The notes: generated from the letters alone by a model not told the origin. A DNA stretch of 32,000 nucleotides from Kineococcus radiotolerans SRS30216 = ATCC BAA-149 (GCF_000017305.1 NC_009664.2:1470001-1502000), one strand, 5' to 3'. Numbered from the stretch's first letter, positions 16,145-25,052 are shown. A program made the numbers and translations.

Positions 16145-17326
16145 TCACGGGTTCCGGCCGCGCGGCACGAACGCGAACAGCCCCGCGGCGGCCGCGAGCG
16201 CGAGCACCGCGACGCCCCCGGTGGCCAGGACGAGGCTGCCCGCGCCGGCCAGCGCCCCCACGAGCAGCGGTCCCGACGCGGCCCCCGCGTCCGTCACCAG
16301 CCGCCAGACCCCGAGGAACACCGCCCGCCCGCCGGGGGGTGCGGCGTCGGCGCCCAGGGTCATCACGAGACCCGCGCCCATGCCGTTGCCGAACCCCAGG
16401 ACGACCCCCACCGCGGCCACCGTCCAGGCCGTGTGCGCGAACGGCAGCAGGACGTGCCCCAGGGCCAGGACGAGCATCGAGGGGACCCCGACCGCCGCCC
16501 GCCCGAGGCGGTCCATCACCGAGCCCGCCGGGTAGAACAGCAGCATGTCCACCGCCCCCGACACCCCCGCGACGAGGCTCGTGGTCGTGGCGTCGAGGCC
16601 GACGTGCTCGCACCACAGGGGCAGGACGGTCTGGCGGGACTGCCGCACGGCCTGCACGGCGAGGGCCGCCACCCCCAGGGTCGCCAGCAGGCGGGCGTGG
16701 GAGCGCAGGACCTCGCGCGTCGTCGGGGCCGGCCCCGCCGCGGGACGCCCGGCCCCGGGGTCCGGGAGCATGACGACGGCGGCCGCGGCGAGCAGGACGG
16801 CGATCCCGGCGACGACGTAGGCGCCGCGCAGCCCCAGCAGCGCGCTGCCGCCGGCGCCGGCGAACGGCCCGGCGAAGGTGCCGATGCGGCCGACGCCGCC
16901 GAGGGTCGACAGCGCCCGCGCCCGCAGGTGGACCGGGGCCGCCGCGGTCAGGAAGGACTGCCGCGCCAGGCTCCAGACCGCCGCCGCGAGGCCGAGGGCG
17001 AGGACGCAGCCGGCGAGGAGGGCCTCGCCGGGGGCGAGCACCACCCCGGCCAGGGCGAGGGCGGAGACGAGCGCGGCCAGCAGCATCGCCCGCTGCTCAC
17101 CGACCCGGGTGACCAGCGCCCCGGCCGGCAGGGCCCCGGCGACCTGCCCCACCCCCAGCAGCGCGACGAGGGACGCCGACACCGCGACCGAGGCCCCGAG
17201 GTCGCGCGCGGTCAGCGGCAGGACCGGCAGCAGCGCTCCCTGACCGGTGCTGAACAGCGCGGCGGGCGCGTAGACCGCGGCCAGCGAGCGCCAGGGGACC
17301 TCGCGCGGCGACCCGGGGTTCGGCAT
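16145..17326 (-). CDS. MFS transporter
   Basis: 393 aa with about 12 hydrophobic helices. The layout is typical of MFS transporters, with a Gly/Ala-rich N-terminal half and a central loop (DPGAGRPAAGPAPTTRE). Confidence 0.85.
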   Translation of the reverse strand: MPNPGSPREVPWRSLAAVYAPAALFSTGQGALLPVLPLTARDLGASVAVSASLVALLGVGQVAGALPAGALVTRVGEQRAMLLAALVSALALAGVVLAPGEALLAGCVLALGLAAAVWSLARQSFLTAAAPVHLRARALSTLGGVGRIGTFAGPFAGAGGSALLGLRGAYVVAGIAVLLAAAAVVMLPDPGAGRPAAGPAPTTREVLRSHARLLATLGVAALAVQAVRQSRQTVLPLWCEHVGLDATTTSLVAGVSGAVDMLLFYPAGSVMDRLGRAAVGVPSMLVLALGHVLLPFAHTAWTVAAVGVVLGFGNGMGAGLVMTLGADAAPPGGRAVFLGVWRLVTDAGAASGPLLVGALAGAGSLVLATGGVAVLALAAAAGLFAFVPRGRNP

Positions 17327-17375
17327 CCGGCGACGATCCCAGACGGGCGGAGCGACCCCGCCCGCGCCACCCCCG

Positions 17376-18128
17376 TCAGGGCGCCTCGCGGGCCCGTCGC
17401 GGGATCTGGGTGGCCAGCTTGCCGCCGGAGACGTCGACGAGGGTGCCCGTGATGTACCCCGCGGCGTCGCTGGCCAGGAACACCAGCAGGTCGGCGACGT
17501 CGTCGGCGCTCCCCCAGCGCCGCAGCGACAGCGTGTCCAGGAGCTCGTCCGCCCGCTCCGGGGGGAGGTCGGCGAAACCGTTCATCGCGGTGGGCACCAT
17601 GCCCGGCGCGTAGGCGTTGACGGTGACGTCCCACGGCCCGAGCTCGGAGGCCAGGACGCGGGTGAACTGGACGACGGCCGCCTTGGACGCGGCGTAGGCG
17701 GCGCTGCCGACGCTGGGGACGATGGCCGCGAACGACGCGGCGTTGAGGATGCGGCCGCGCCGGGTGCGCTTCATGACCTCGGCGACGGCCTGGCTGACGA
17801 GGAACACCCCGCCCACGTTGACGTCGAAGCAGCGCCGCCAGCCGTCCCAGGTGAGGTCGGCGACCCGCCCGTCGACGTTCACGCCGGCGTTGTTCACCAG
17901 GACGTCGATCGTCCCCCACCGCTGCACCACCGCCTCGACGGCGGCCGCCACCGACGCGGGATCGGTGACGTCGCAGACGACCTCCTCGAACCCACCGCCG
18001 GGCTCGAAGGCGCGGTCGAAGCCCACCACGCGCGAACCCTCGGCGACGAACCGGCGGGCCAGGGTGCGCCCGATCCCCCGCCCCGCTCCGGTGACGACGA
18101 CCACCCGTCCCGCGACGTCGAGGTGCAC
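17376..18128 (-). CDS. SDR-family oxidoreductase (FabG-like)
   Basis: 250 aa with GTG start. It has TGAGRGIG (cofactor-binding motif), NNAG, and YAASKAA (the YxxxK catalytic motif). Confidence 0.9.
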   Translation of the reverse strand: MHLDVAGRVVVVTGAGRGIGRTLARRFVAEGSRVVGFDRAFEPGGGFEEVVCDVTDPASVAAAVEAVVQRWGTIDVLVNNAGVNVDGRVADLTWDGWRRCFDVNVGGVFLVSQAVAEVMKRTRRGRILNAASFAAIVPSVGSAAYAASKAAVVQFTRVLASELGPWDVTVNAYAPGMVPTAMNGFADLPPERADELLDTLSLRRWGSADDVADLLVFLASDAAGYITGTLVDVSGGKLATQIPRRAREAP

Positions 18129-18149
18129 GGTCCCCCCCCGTCCCGTTGC

Positions 18150-18176
18150 CCGTACGCTTCCGCGGGAAACCTACGG
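18150..18176. promoter_or_regulatory. composite palindrome in the 62-bp divergent SDR/SDR intergenic region (candidate operator)
   Basis: CCGTA-cgc-TTCC-gcg-GGAA-acc-TACGG, with both arm pairs centred on 18163. An adjacent C8/G8 homopolymer at 18132-18139 lies 3 nt upstream of the minus-strand GTG. Confidence 0.3.
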
Positions 18177-18190
18177 TCGGGAGGCCCCAC

Positions 18191-18907
18191 GTGCAACGAG
18201 TGCTCTGGATCACCGGCGCCGGTTCCGGGATGGGGCGGGCGAGCGCGCTCGCCGCCGCCGAGGCCGGCTGGACCGTCGTCCTCAGCGGGCGGCGCGCGGA
18301 CGCGTTGCGGGACACCGTCTCCGAGATCGAGGCCGCCGGCGGGACGGCGCTCGCGCTCCCGCTGGACGTGCGCGACGGGGCCGCCGTCGCGGCCGCCCGC
18401 GCCGCCGTCGTGGACCGCTTCGGCCGGATCGACGGCCTCGTCCTCGCCGCCGGCCTCAACAGCCCGCGGCGACGCTGGGACGACCAGGAGATCGGGGTCT
18501 TCCACGACGTCGTGGCCACCAACCTCGGGGCGGTGGCCGGCGTCGTGGACGCCGCGCTGCCGGACCTGCGCGCCGCCGGCGGGGTCGTGGTCGTCGTCTC
18601 CTCCTACGCGGGGTGGTCGTTCTCCCCGAACGCCGGGGTGGCCTACTCCGCGAGCAAGACGGCGCTGGGTTCCCTCGTCCGGACCCTCAACGCCCAGGAG
18701 GCCGCCTCCGGGGTCCGCGCGACGCACCTGTGCCCCGGGGACGTGGCCACCGACTTCCTCGACCAGCGCCCGAACGTCCCCGACGCCGCGGCGCGGGCCC
18801 GGATGCTGACCCCGGAGGACATCGCCCGCACGGTCCGCTTCGTCCTGGACTCCCCCGCCCACGTGCGGATCGACGAGCTCGTCGTCTCCCCCGTCGTGCC
18901 CGCCTGA
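18191..18907 (+). CDS. SDR-family oxidoreductase
   Basis: GTG 18191 (GGGAGG 7 nt upstream) within track ORF 18146..18907. It has ITGAGSGMG and YSASKTA motifs. Confidence 0.85.
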   Translation: MQRVLWITGAGSGMGRASALAAAEAGWTVVLSGRRADALRDTVSEIEAAGGTALALPLDVRDGAAVAAARAAVVDRFGRIDGLVLAAGLNSPRRRWDDQEIGVFHDVVATNLGAVAGVVDAALPDLRAAGGVVVVVSSYAGWSFSPNAGVAYSASKTALGSLVRTLNAQEAASGVRATHLCPGDVATDFLDQRPNVPDAAARARMLTPEDIARTVRFVLDSPAHVRIDELVVSPVVPA

Positions 18908-18910
18908 CCG

Positions 18911-18946
18911 GTTCCCCGGGGCCGTCCCCGGGGCTGTCCCCGGGTC
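18911..18946. repeat. three tandem 12-bp units, each containing the self-complementary CCCCGGGG core; probable bidirectional terminator region
   Basis: gttCCCCGGGGc cgtCCCCGGGGc tgtCCCCGGGtc fills the 41-nt gap between convergent stops at 18907 and 18949. Confidence 0.6.
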
Positions 18947-18948
18947 GG

Positions 18949-19482
18949 CTAGAGGTCCGCGGAGGTGACGACCCGGACCAGCGGCGCGTACAACCGCATC
19001 GCGTCCAGGGCCCGTTCGTGGTCGGCGTCGCTCGCCCCGGCGCAGGCGTCGGCCACGACCGTCACCGGGACCCCGTCGTCCGCGGCCGGCAGGACGGTGG
19101 AGAGCACGCAGCAGTCGGTGGACACCCCGCCGACGACGATCGGGGCGTCGCCCACGACCTGCGCCAGTTCCGGCCCCCACTTGCCGAACGTCGTGCGGGT
19201 GAGGACCGGCAGGTCCCGGCCCGCGAAACCGTCCACGAGGTCGTACAGCGGATCGTCCTCGGGGACCAGGGCGAAGGGGAACTGCTCGTAGTACGGCTTC
19301 CACGCCCCCCGCGGTTCGGCCGGGGCCACGAAGCGGGTGAGGACGACCCGCGGGGCGTGGCGCTCGAGGAGTTCCGCGCACACCGCCGCCGCGGCGTCGA
19401 AGCGCGGCGCGGCCCACGGACTGCCCGGCGCGCCGAAGATCCGCTGCAGGTCGACCAGGACGAGCCAGGGATCGGGCGCCAT
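18949..19482 (-). CDS. isochorismatase-family cysteine hydrolase
   Basis: ATG 19482 within track ORF 18949..20190. The 177-aa sequence contains WLVLVDLQRIF and VVGGVSTDCCVLST (catalytic Cys context). It is probably leaderless (TAGCGT-N7-ATG). Confidence 0.8.
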   Translation of the reverse strand: MAPDPWLVLVDLQRIFGAPGSPWAAPRFDAAAAVCAELLERHAPRVVLTRFVAPAEPRGAWKPYYEQFPFALVPEDDPLYDLVDGFAGRDLPVLTRTTFGKWGPELAQVVGDAPIVVGGVSTDCCVLSTVLPAADDGVPVTVVADACAGASDADHERALDAMRLYAPLVRVVTSADL

Positions 19483-19541
19483 GGCCCGGACGCTACCCCA
19501 GCGGACCCGGGCGCTCCCCGCCGACGGGGAGGCCGGCACCG

Positions 19542-19982
19542 TCACCCGGTCGGCCCCGCCGCGCGCAGGTTCCCCGCCTCCACCCAGGCCTCCACGACCA
19601 CCGGTTCCGGGCCGGGGACGACGTAGACCACCCGGCCGCGCCACCCGTCCGGTCCCCTGACCCACGCGACCACCACCCCGGGCCAGTCCGCGGCGCTGCC
19701 GTCGGCCGCGCGGACCCAGCAGTGCCGGACCGCGGGCCGTTCCCCGCCGAGGGCCTCCCGGAACACCGCACCCAGCGGACGCTGCCCGTTCCTGCGCAAC
19801 TGACCCCCGGACACGGGGGGAGCATCCCACACCTTCGAACGCGCGTTCGACTGGACGCGGGTGCGGTGGTCCGGGTTCGCGCCCTCCCGCAGGACGGGTC
19901 CGCACCCCGGGTCTGGAGCCGCCCCGATCCCGGGCCTGGGAGAGTTCGACCCGATCGGGAACTCGACGACCGCTGCGGGCAT
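19542..19982 (-). CDS. hypothetical Trp-rich small protein (start uncertain; the reliable core is about 19542-19800)
   Basis: The C-terminal half HCWVRAADGSAADWPGVVVAWVRGPDGWRGRVVYVVPGPEPVVVEAWVEAGNLRAAGP has GC3 near 100%. The N-terminal third has lower GC3, and ATG 19982 would leave only 8 bp to the divergent sigma gene, so the true start is probably internal. Confidence 0.4.
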   Translation of the reverse strand: MPAAVVEFPIGSNSPRPGIGAAPDPGCGPVLREGANPDHRTRVQSNARSKVWDAPPVSGGQLRRNGQRPLGAVFREALGGERPAVRHCWVRAADGSAADWPGVVVAWVRGPDGWRGRVVYVVPGPEPVVVEAWVEAGNLRAAGPTG

Positions 19983-19990
19983 GAGGGGGT

Positions 19991-20734
19991 GTGAGCACCA
20001 CGACGGGCACCTCCCCCTCGCCAGGCGATGAGGCGGGCGACGAGGACGACCACGCCCGCGACGAGCCGACGGCCCGGTCCAGCGACGGCGGGATCAGCGA
20101 CGCGGAGACCAGCGACGCCGAGCTGTGGCGTCGCGCCGTGGCCGGCGACCCCGACAGCTTCGGGGTGCTCTTCGACCGGCACGGCGACACCGTCCACGGC
20201 TACTGCGCCCGCCGCACCGGCTCCCTCGACGCCGCCGACGACCTCGTCTCCGTCGTCTTCCTCGAAGCCTGGCGCCGACGGGGCGAGGTGGAGCTCGTCG
20301 ACGACAGGGTCCTGCCCTGGCTCTACGGCATCGCCGGGCGCACCCTGCAACGCCGCTGGCGCACCACCCGCCGCCACCGCGCCGCCCTGGACCGCCTGCC
20401 GCGCCCGGAACCCCACCCCGATCACGCCGACGACGTCGCCGCCCGCCTGGACGACCAACGCCACCTGGACCAGCTGCAGGCCGCCTTCGCCCGGCTGCGC
20501 CCGGCGGAGCGGGAGGTCCTCACCCTGTGCGTGTGGCAGGGCCTGAACTACGCCTCGGCCGCCGTGGCCCTGGGCGTGCCCATCGGCACCGTCCGCTCCC
20601 GCCTGTCCCGAGCCCGGGCGCGACTGCGGGCCAGCACCGCCGCGGAGGCGTCCACCGGCCGCGGCACCCCACGCGCCACCTCGTGCGCCGCGACCCCCAC
20701 CCCGACCAGCCCGATGGAGACGGACCCGTCATGA
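19991..20734 (+). CDS. ECF-type RNA polymerase sigma-70 factor with an acidic N-terminal extension
   Basis: GTG start. Region 2 is ELWRRAVAGDPDSFGVLFDRHGDTVHGYCARR...DLVSVVFLEAWRRR. Region 4 is LRPAEREVLTLCVWQGLNYASAAVALGVPIGTVRSRLSRARARLR. Confidence 0.85.
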   Translation: MSTTTGTSPSPGDEAGDEDDHARDEPTARSSDGGISDAETSDAELWRRAVAGDPDSFGVLFDRHGDTVHGYCARRTGSLDAADDLVSVVFLEAWRRRGEVELVDDRVLPWLYGIAGRTLQRRWRTTRRHRAALDRLPRPEPHPDHADDVAARLDDQRHLDQLQAAFARLRPAEREVLTLCVWQGLNYASAAVALGVPIGTVRSRLSRARARLRASTAAEASTGRGTPRATSCAATPTPTSPMETDPS

Positions 20735-21336
20735 CCTCCACCCTCGACGGCATGGACCGCGACCGGCACGCCGCCGTGCGCGCCCTGCTGGTCCAGCAGG
20801 CTCGGGCGACCGCGCCGCTCACCCACCCCCGGCCCGCCGGTGGGGGTGCACCGGTTCGGCGCCCGATCTGGAGACGGCCGAAGCTGGCCCTCACCTCCGC
20901 AGGTGGCCTGATCGCGGCGGGGCTGGCGCTCGTGGCCGTCGTGACGGTCTCGCGCCCGCTGCCCGCCTACGCCGTCACCGGCGGCAACGGCGGGGAGGTG
21001 AAGGTGGAGGTCAACCGCCTCGAAGGCGCCGGAGCCCTCGAGGACGCCTTGCGCGAGAAGGGCATCGCCGCCGACATCACCTACCTGCCCAGCCGCCGGG
21101 CCTGCCGACCCGGCCGCTACGTCGACGACAGCCCCCGCGGCCTGTCCCTCAGCGTCAGCGCCGACCGCTTCGAGGTGATCATCCCGGCCGGCGCGGTCGG
21201 GGCCGGGGAGACGTTCGTCCTCTCCGCCTCGGTCACGCCCCTCCCGGACTCGGGGGTCAGCGCGGCCGTCGACTACGGCATCGCCCGAGGACCGATCTCC
21301 CCCTGCACGCCGGTGGACCTGCCCGCGAACACCTGA
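20731..21336 (+). CDS. single-pass membrane protein, putative cognate anti-sigma factor (non-ZAS)
   Basis: ATG 20731 overlaps the sigma stop (ATGA) and lies within track ORF 20125..21336. It has a ~55-aa cytoplasmic N-terminus, the TM helix LALTSAGGLIAAGLALVAVVTV, and a ~120-aa extracytoplasmic domain with 2 Cys. No HxxxCxxC motif is present. Confidence 0.6.
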   Translation: MTSTLDGMDRDRHAAVRALLVQQARATAPLTHPRPAGGGAPVRRPIWRRPKLALTSAGGLIAAGLALVAVVTVSRPLPAYAVTGGNGGEVKVEVNRLEGAGALEDALREKGIAADITYLPSRRACRPGRYVDDSPRGLSLSVSADRFEVIIPAGAVGAGETFVLSASVTPLPDSGVSAAVDYGIARGPISPCTPVDLPANT

Positions 21337-21427
21337 CGAGGACGACCGACGGAGAGCGCGGCCTACCCATCGGCGGCGAGACGCGACAGGATCGACCCGG
21401 GACTCGGAACCGGCCGGAGGAGGCAGC

Positions 21428-21814
21428 GTGCAGCGCGTGACCGGTGTCGGCGGCATCTTCTTCACAGCCCGCGACCCCGAGGCGCTGGCGCAGTGGTACA
21501 GCACCCAGCTCGGCGTGGATCCACCACCCGAGTCCTACGACGTGTCCTCGTGGTGGCAGGAAGCGGGCCCGACGGTGCTCGCGCCCACGGGACACGACTC
21601 CGAGCACTTCGGGGGCGGAGGGCGCTCCTGGGCGCTGAACTTCAGGGTCGCCGACCTCGACGCCATGGTCGAGCAACTGCGGGGCAACGGCGTGGTCGTC
21701 GACGTCGACCCTCAGGTCTACCCCAACGGTCGCTTCGCCTCGTTGCAGGATCCCGAGGGCAACCCGCTGCAGCTGTGGCAGCCGGCCGGAGCCGATCAGC
21801 GTGGACCCACCTGA
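21428..21814 (+). CDS. VOC (glyoxalase/bleomycin-resistance/dioxygenase) family protein
   Basis: 128 aa. GTG start with GGAGGAGG upstream. Sequence VTGVGGIFFTARDPEALAQWY...FRVADLDAMVEQLRGNGV...FASLQDPEGNPLQLWQ. Confidence 0.8.
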   Translation: MQRVTGVGGIFFTARDPEALAQWYSTQLGVDPPPESYDVSSWWQEAGPTVLAPTGHDSEHFGGGGRSWALNFRVADLDAMVEQLRGNGVVVDVDPQVYPNGRFASLQDPEGNPLQLWQPAGADQRGPT

Positions 21815-22054
21815 GCCGCATCGGCCCCTCGGCGATGTACCGGTCGTCCCGCGGTGACCGCACGATCGTGCACAGGCGCGGTTCGACGCTCGTGACGATG
21901 AGCGAGTGCAGGCTGAGCACGACGATCACCCGCACGTGGCGATGAGCGCCGGTGGGTTCGTCAGCGATCTCGTGCGGTGGTCAGCCGTTCCTGCGCCGGC
22001 CGCACCGGCGACGACCAGCTGTCCGGTACGTCGTACGCCTCCGGCGAGTGGTGG

Positions 22055-22999
22055 CTACCGCGCGAAGGCGCGGAACGGGTTGCGGACGCAGAGGTCGTCG
22101 ACCACGTCCGCGTCGACACCCGCCGCCCGCAGCGCCGGCAGGAACGAGCCGGTCAGGTCCGTGAACGGCCGGGGGGTTCCGCCGCCCGGCAGGGCCGGGT
22201 CGAACCACCCCGCGTCGTGGGACAGCAGGACCTGGCCGGCCTGTCCCGCCTCGAGGCTGCCGAGCACCAGCTCCAGCGTCCGGGTGTCGTCGCCCTGCCC
22301 GACGTCGTCGAACTCGATCCACGCGCCGCGGTCGACGATCGCCTGCCGCAGAGCGGGGTCGGTGATGGTCTGCGTGTGGATCGAGAGGAAGCGGTCCGGC
22401 GCCAGCCCCTCGGCCACGGCGAGGTCGATCTGCCCCAGCACGACGTCCCCGTTCGTGGTGTGGGATCCGACGAGGGCCCCGGTGCGGGCCGCGGCCCGGG
22501 CCGCCGCGCGCACGACGCGCTCCTCGACCGGCCGGATGCCGTCCTCGGCCGCGGAGATCTTGATGAACCCGGCGAGGACGCCGGAGCCGTCGACGCCCTC
22601 GGTCAGTTCGCGGTGCATCCACGCCTCGAGCTCGTCGTCGCTCGCGCCGTACACCCAGTCCGGCACCCACGGTTCGCGGTAGACCCCGGTCGCGACCACC
22701 ACGGGCACGCCCGTGCGGCGGCTCACGTCGAGGACGAGGTCGACGCGCCGACCGAGGCCGGGGGGCGTGCACTCGACGAGCGCGGTGACCCCAGCCGCGG
22801 CAGCCCCGGCCAGCAGCGGTTCCACGACCGACGCGAACTCGGCCGGGTCGGCCTGGGCGAAACCCGGGGAGTCGGCGGGGCGGAAGTCGACGAGGAGGTG
22901 CTCGTGCGGCAGGACGAGGCCCACGTCCCCGGCGCCGAGGGGACCGAGCGTCGTGTGCAGGTGTCGCGCCTGTGCGGCGGTGTCGAGGGGCTCTGCCAC
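22055..22999 (-). CDS. phosphotriesterase-related protein (amidohydrolase superfamily, PTE family)
   Basis: 314 aa with GTG start. It contains LPHEHLLVD (the HxH metal motif), FIKISAAEDG (a Lys in the position of the carbamylated Lys), GSHT, and SHDAG. Confidence 0.85.
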   Translation of the reverse strand: MAEPLDTAAQARHLHTTLGPLGAGDVGLVLPHEHLLVDFRPADSPGFAQADPAEFASVVEPLLAGAAAAGVTALVECTPPGLGRRVDLVLDVSRRTGVPVVVATGVYREPWVPDWVYGASDDELEAWMHRELTEGVDGSGVLAGFIKISAAEDGIRPVEERVVRAAARAAARTGALVGSHTTNGDVVLGQIDLAVAEGLAPDRFLSIHTQTITDPALRQAIVDRGAWIEFDDVGQGDDTRTLELVLGSLEAGQAGQVLLSHDAGWFDPALPGGGTPRPFTDLTGSFLPALRAAGVDADVVDDLCVRNPFRAFAR

Positions 23000-23319
23000 G
23001 TCGTCTCCCGGGTGCGGTGGGTGGACCCTGGTCCAGGGCTCGACATCCTAGGAGTTCCGCCGCGTCGGTCCGGCCCCTCCGCGAGGACACCGGCGTCCCG
23101 ACCCGGCGCACCGGCAGGCTCCCGTCGAGCAGCGCACCGGGTCCGGACGGGATCTGCGCGGGGCGACGGCGTTGGTGGCCCGGAACCCACCTCGCGGTCA
23201 CGAGACCGACCCCCGACCTCCCATCCTCCGCGACGTCGCGGTCGTGGCGAGAAGCGGATGATCGCTGCCCAGCACCCACCCCCTTCTCCCGACGCCGGGC
23301 GCCCCACGATCATGGGGTC

Positions 23320-23715
23320 ATGGCCAGCCTCGACCCGGATGAGCCCACCGACGCCGCCCTGCTCCCCGTCCTGGAGGAACTGCAGGCGCAGGAGCCGATC
23401 TTCCACCGCCCCGAGTTGGGTACCGGCGCCGAGGACCTGGAACGGCAGATGGCCCCCGACTTCTTCGAGGTCGGCGCGTCCGGACACCGCTACAGCCGTT
23501 CCCACGTGCAGGAGGTCCTGCTGGAGCGGTACGCCGCGGGAGGTGAGGACCCGTGGGGGACGTCGGGCTTCTACTGCCGGCAGCTCGGCCCGGACACCTA
23601 CCTGCTCACCTACACCCTCCGGCAGGGACAACGGGTGACCCGGCGAGTGACGGTCTGGCGGCGCAGCGAGCAGGGGTGGCAGGTGGTCTACCACCAGGGC
23701 ACACCGGTGACCTGA
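23320..23715 (+). CDS. NTF2-like / DUF4440-type small protein
   Basis: ATG 23320 within track ORF 22972..23715. The 131-aa sequence is LLPVLEELQAQEPIFHRPELGT...MAPDFFEVGASGHRYSR...YLLTYTLRQGQRVTRRVTVWRRSEQGWQVVYHQGT. Confidence 0.6.
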   Translation: MASLDPDEPTDAALLPVLEELQAQEPIFHRPELGTGAEDLERQMAPDFFEVGASGHRYSRSHVQEVLLERYAAGGEDPWGTSGFYCRQLGPDTYLLTYTLRQGQRVTRRVTVWRRSEQGWQVVYHQGTPVT

Positions 23716-23847
23716 CCCGAGGCGGCCGCGGGGCACCGGGAACGCGACGCCCGGTCATCCCGCACCCGGTGCGCCGTCGTGGCCGGCCGCCGACGTCCGC
23801 CCCTGCCGACGACCGGGTGGTCGTCAGTCGCCTCCTACGCTGGGCGG

Positions 23848-24321
23848 GTGCCCGTGGTCGTCGAGGTCGTGACCGTCATCGCCGCCCCACCCGCCGTCGT
23901 CTTCGACCTGGAACTCGACGTCGACGTCCACACCGCCTCCCTCGCCCGCAGCGGCGAGACCGCCACCACCAGCACCGGCCGGCGCCGGCTCCACCTCGGC
24001 GACGAAGTCACCCTCCACGCCCGCCACCTGGGACTGCGCTGGCGGATGACCAGCCGGATCACCGCGCACGAACGCCCGCACCGCTTCGTCGACGAGCAGA
24101 TCCGCGGGCCCTTCCGCGCCCTGCACCACGAGCACCTCTTCGAGGATCTCGGGACGCGAGGAACCCGCATGACCGACCGCATGAGCATCACCGCACCGGC
24201 GGGGGCCCTGGGCGAGGTCGCCGCCCACCTGGTGCTCGCGCCCTACCTGCGCCGCCTCCTGCGCCACCGCGCGACCCACGTCGGGCAGGCCGCCGAAGCA
24301 GGTAGGAGGCCTCTCGCCTGA
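23848..24321 (+). CDS. SRPBCC-superfamily (polyketide cyclase/dehydrase-like) ligand-binding protein
   Basis: GTG 23848 within track ORF 23779..24321. Sequence VVVEVVTVIAAPPAVVFDLELDVDVH...LGLRWRMTSRITAHERPHRFVDEQIRGPFRALHHEHLFE. Confidence 0.7.
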   Translation: MPVVVEVVTVIAAPPAVVFDLELDVDVHTASLARSGETATTSTGRRRLHLGDEVTLHARHLGLRWRMTSRITAHERPHRFVDEQIRGPFRALHHEHLFEDLGTRGTRMTDRMSITAPAGALGEVAAHLVLAPYLRRLLRHRATHVGQAAEAGRRPLA

Positions 24322-24509
24322 CCCACGACCGGCGGCGTCCTCGCACGACGGCTCGCTGCGCGACGGGTCTCCACGCCGCACGACCTCCCGGTCCCGAGCC
24401 GACCGCATCCATCAGGATCCGAGAAGCCCCGCTCCCCTGGCCGGTTCTAGCGTCGAGATCAGACCCGGTCGAAGGGGTCGCGGTCAACGGCGACAGGAGG
24501 AGAGCAACG

Positions 24510-25052
24510 ATGGGTTCGGCAGCGAGACCGGTCGGCGCGGGCGCGGGCGCGGACACCGGGGCGGGGTTCTCCGCGCAGGAACGAGCCGCGATGAGGGTCC
24601 GCGCCTCGGAACTGACGACCGAGGCGCGACGCAGCCGCAGCACGGGTGAGGCGGCACGGGACGAGGCCGGGGGGAAGGCGGCGCGCAAGGCGGCGGCTGA
24701 CGAGGCCGACGTGCTGGCGAAGATCGCTCAGATGCCGGAGGCGGACCGCGCCCTGGCCCGGCGCGTGCACGAGGTCGTCAGCGCGGCGGCGCCGGACCTG
24801 GCGCCGAAGCCGTACTACGGGCAGCCCGGTTACGCCAGGGAGGGGAGAGTCGTGTGCTTCTTCCGCAGCGGGCAGGTGGACGGGTTGCGGTACTCGACCT
24901 TCGGATTCAGCCCCGCGGCGCACCTGGACGAGACCGGAGGTCTGTGGCCGACCTCGTACGCGTTGACGAGCCAGGCGACCGAACGAGCGTGGCAGCAGAT
25001 CGCCGAACTGGTCGCGCAGGCCACCACGACCGTCACCGCGTCCGGGGACTGA
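24510..25052 (+). CDS. DUF1801 (YdhG-like) domain protein
   Basis: 180 aa with AGGAGGAG upstream. Sequence FSAQERAAMRVRASELTTEARR...ADVLAKIAQMPEADRALARRVHEVVSAAAPDLAPKPYYGQPGYAREGRVVCFF. Confidence 0.7.
   Translation: MGSAARPVGAGAGADTGAGFSAQERAAMRVRASELTTEARRSRSTGEAARDEAGGKAARKAAADEADVLAKIAQMPEADRALARRVHEVVSAAAPDLAPKPYYGQPGYAREGRVVCFFRSGQVDGLRYSTFGFSPAAHLDETGGLWPTSYALTSQATERAWQQIAELVAQATTTVTASGD

Noticed and set aside
19957-19990. GGGAAC at 19957-19962, considered as the -35 of an autoregulated ECF promoter for the sigma gene.
   Set aside because: There is no CGT-type -10 element 16-18 nt downstream. The GTG start would also leave almost no room for a 5' end. A second GGAAC at 19758 has a 22-nt spacer to CGTT, which is too long.
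21815-22054. A 240-bp spacer with slightly lower GC and a minus-strand reading VRVIVVLSLHSLIVTSVEPRLCTIVRSPRDDRYIAEG, considered as a possible small gene or gene remnant.
   Set aside because: The ORF runs into and antisense over the VOC gene, has no SD, and contains no recognisable motif. It could be a decayed fragment, but I cannot support a call without a similarity search.
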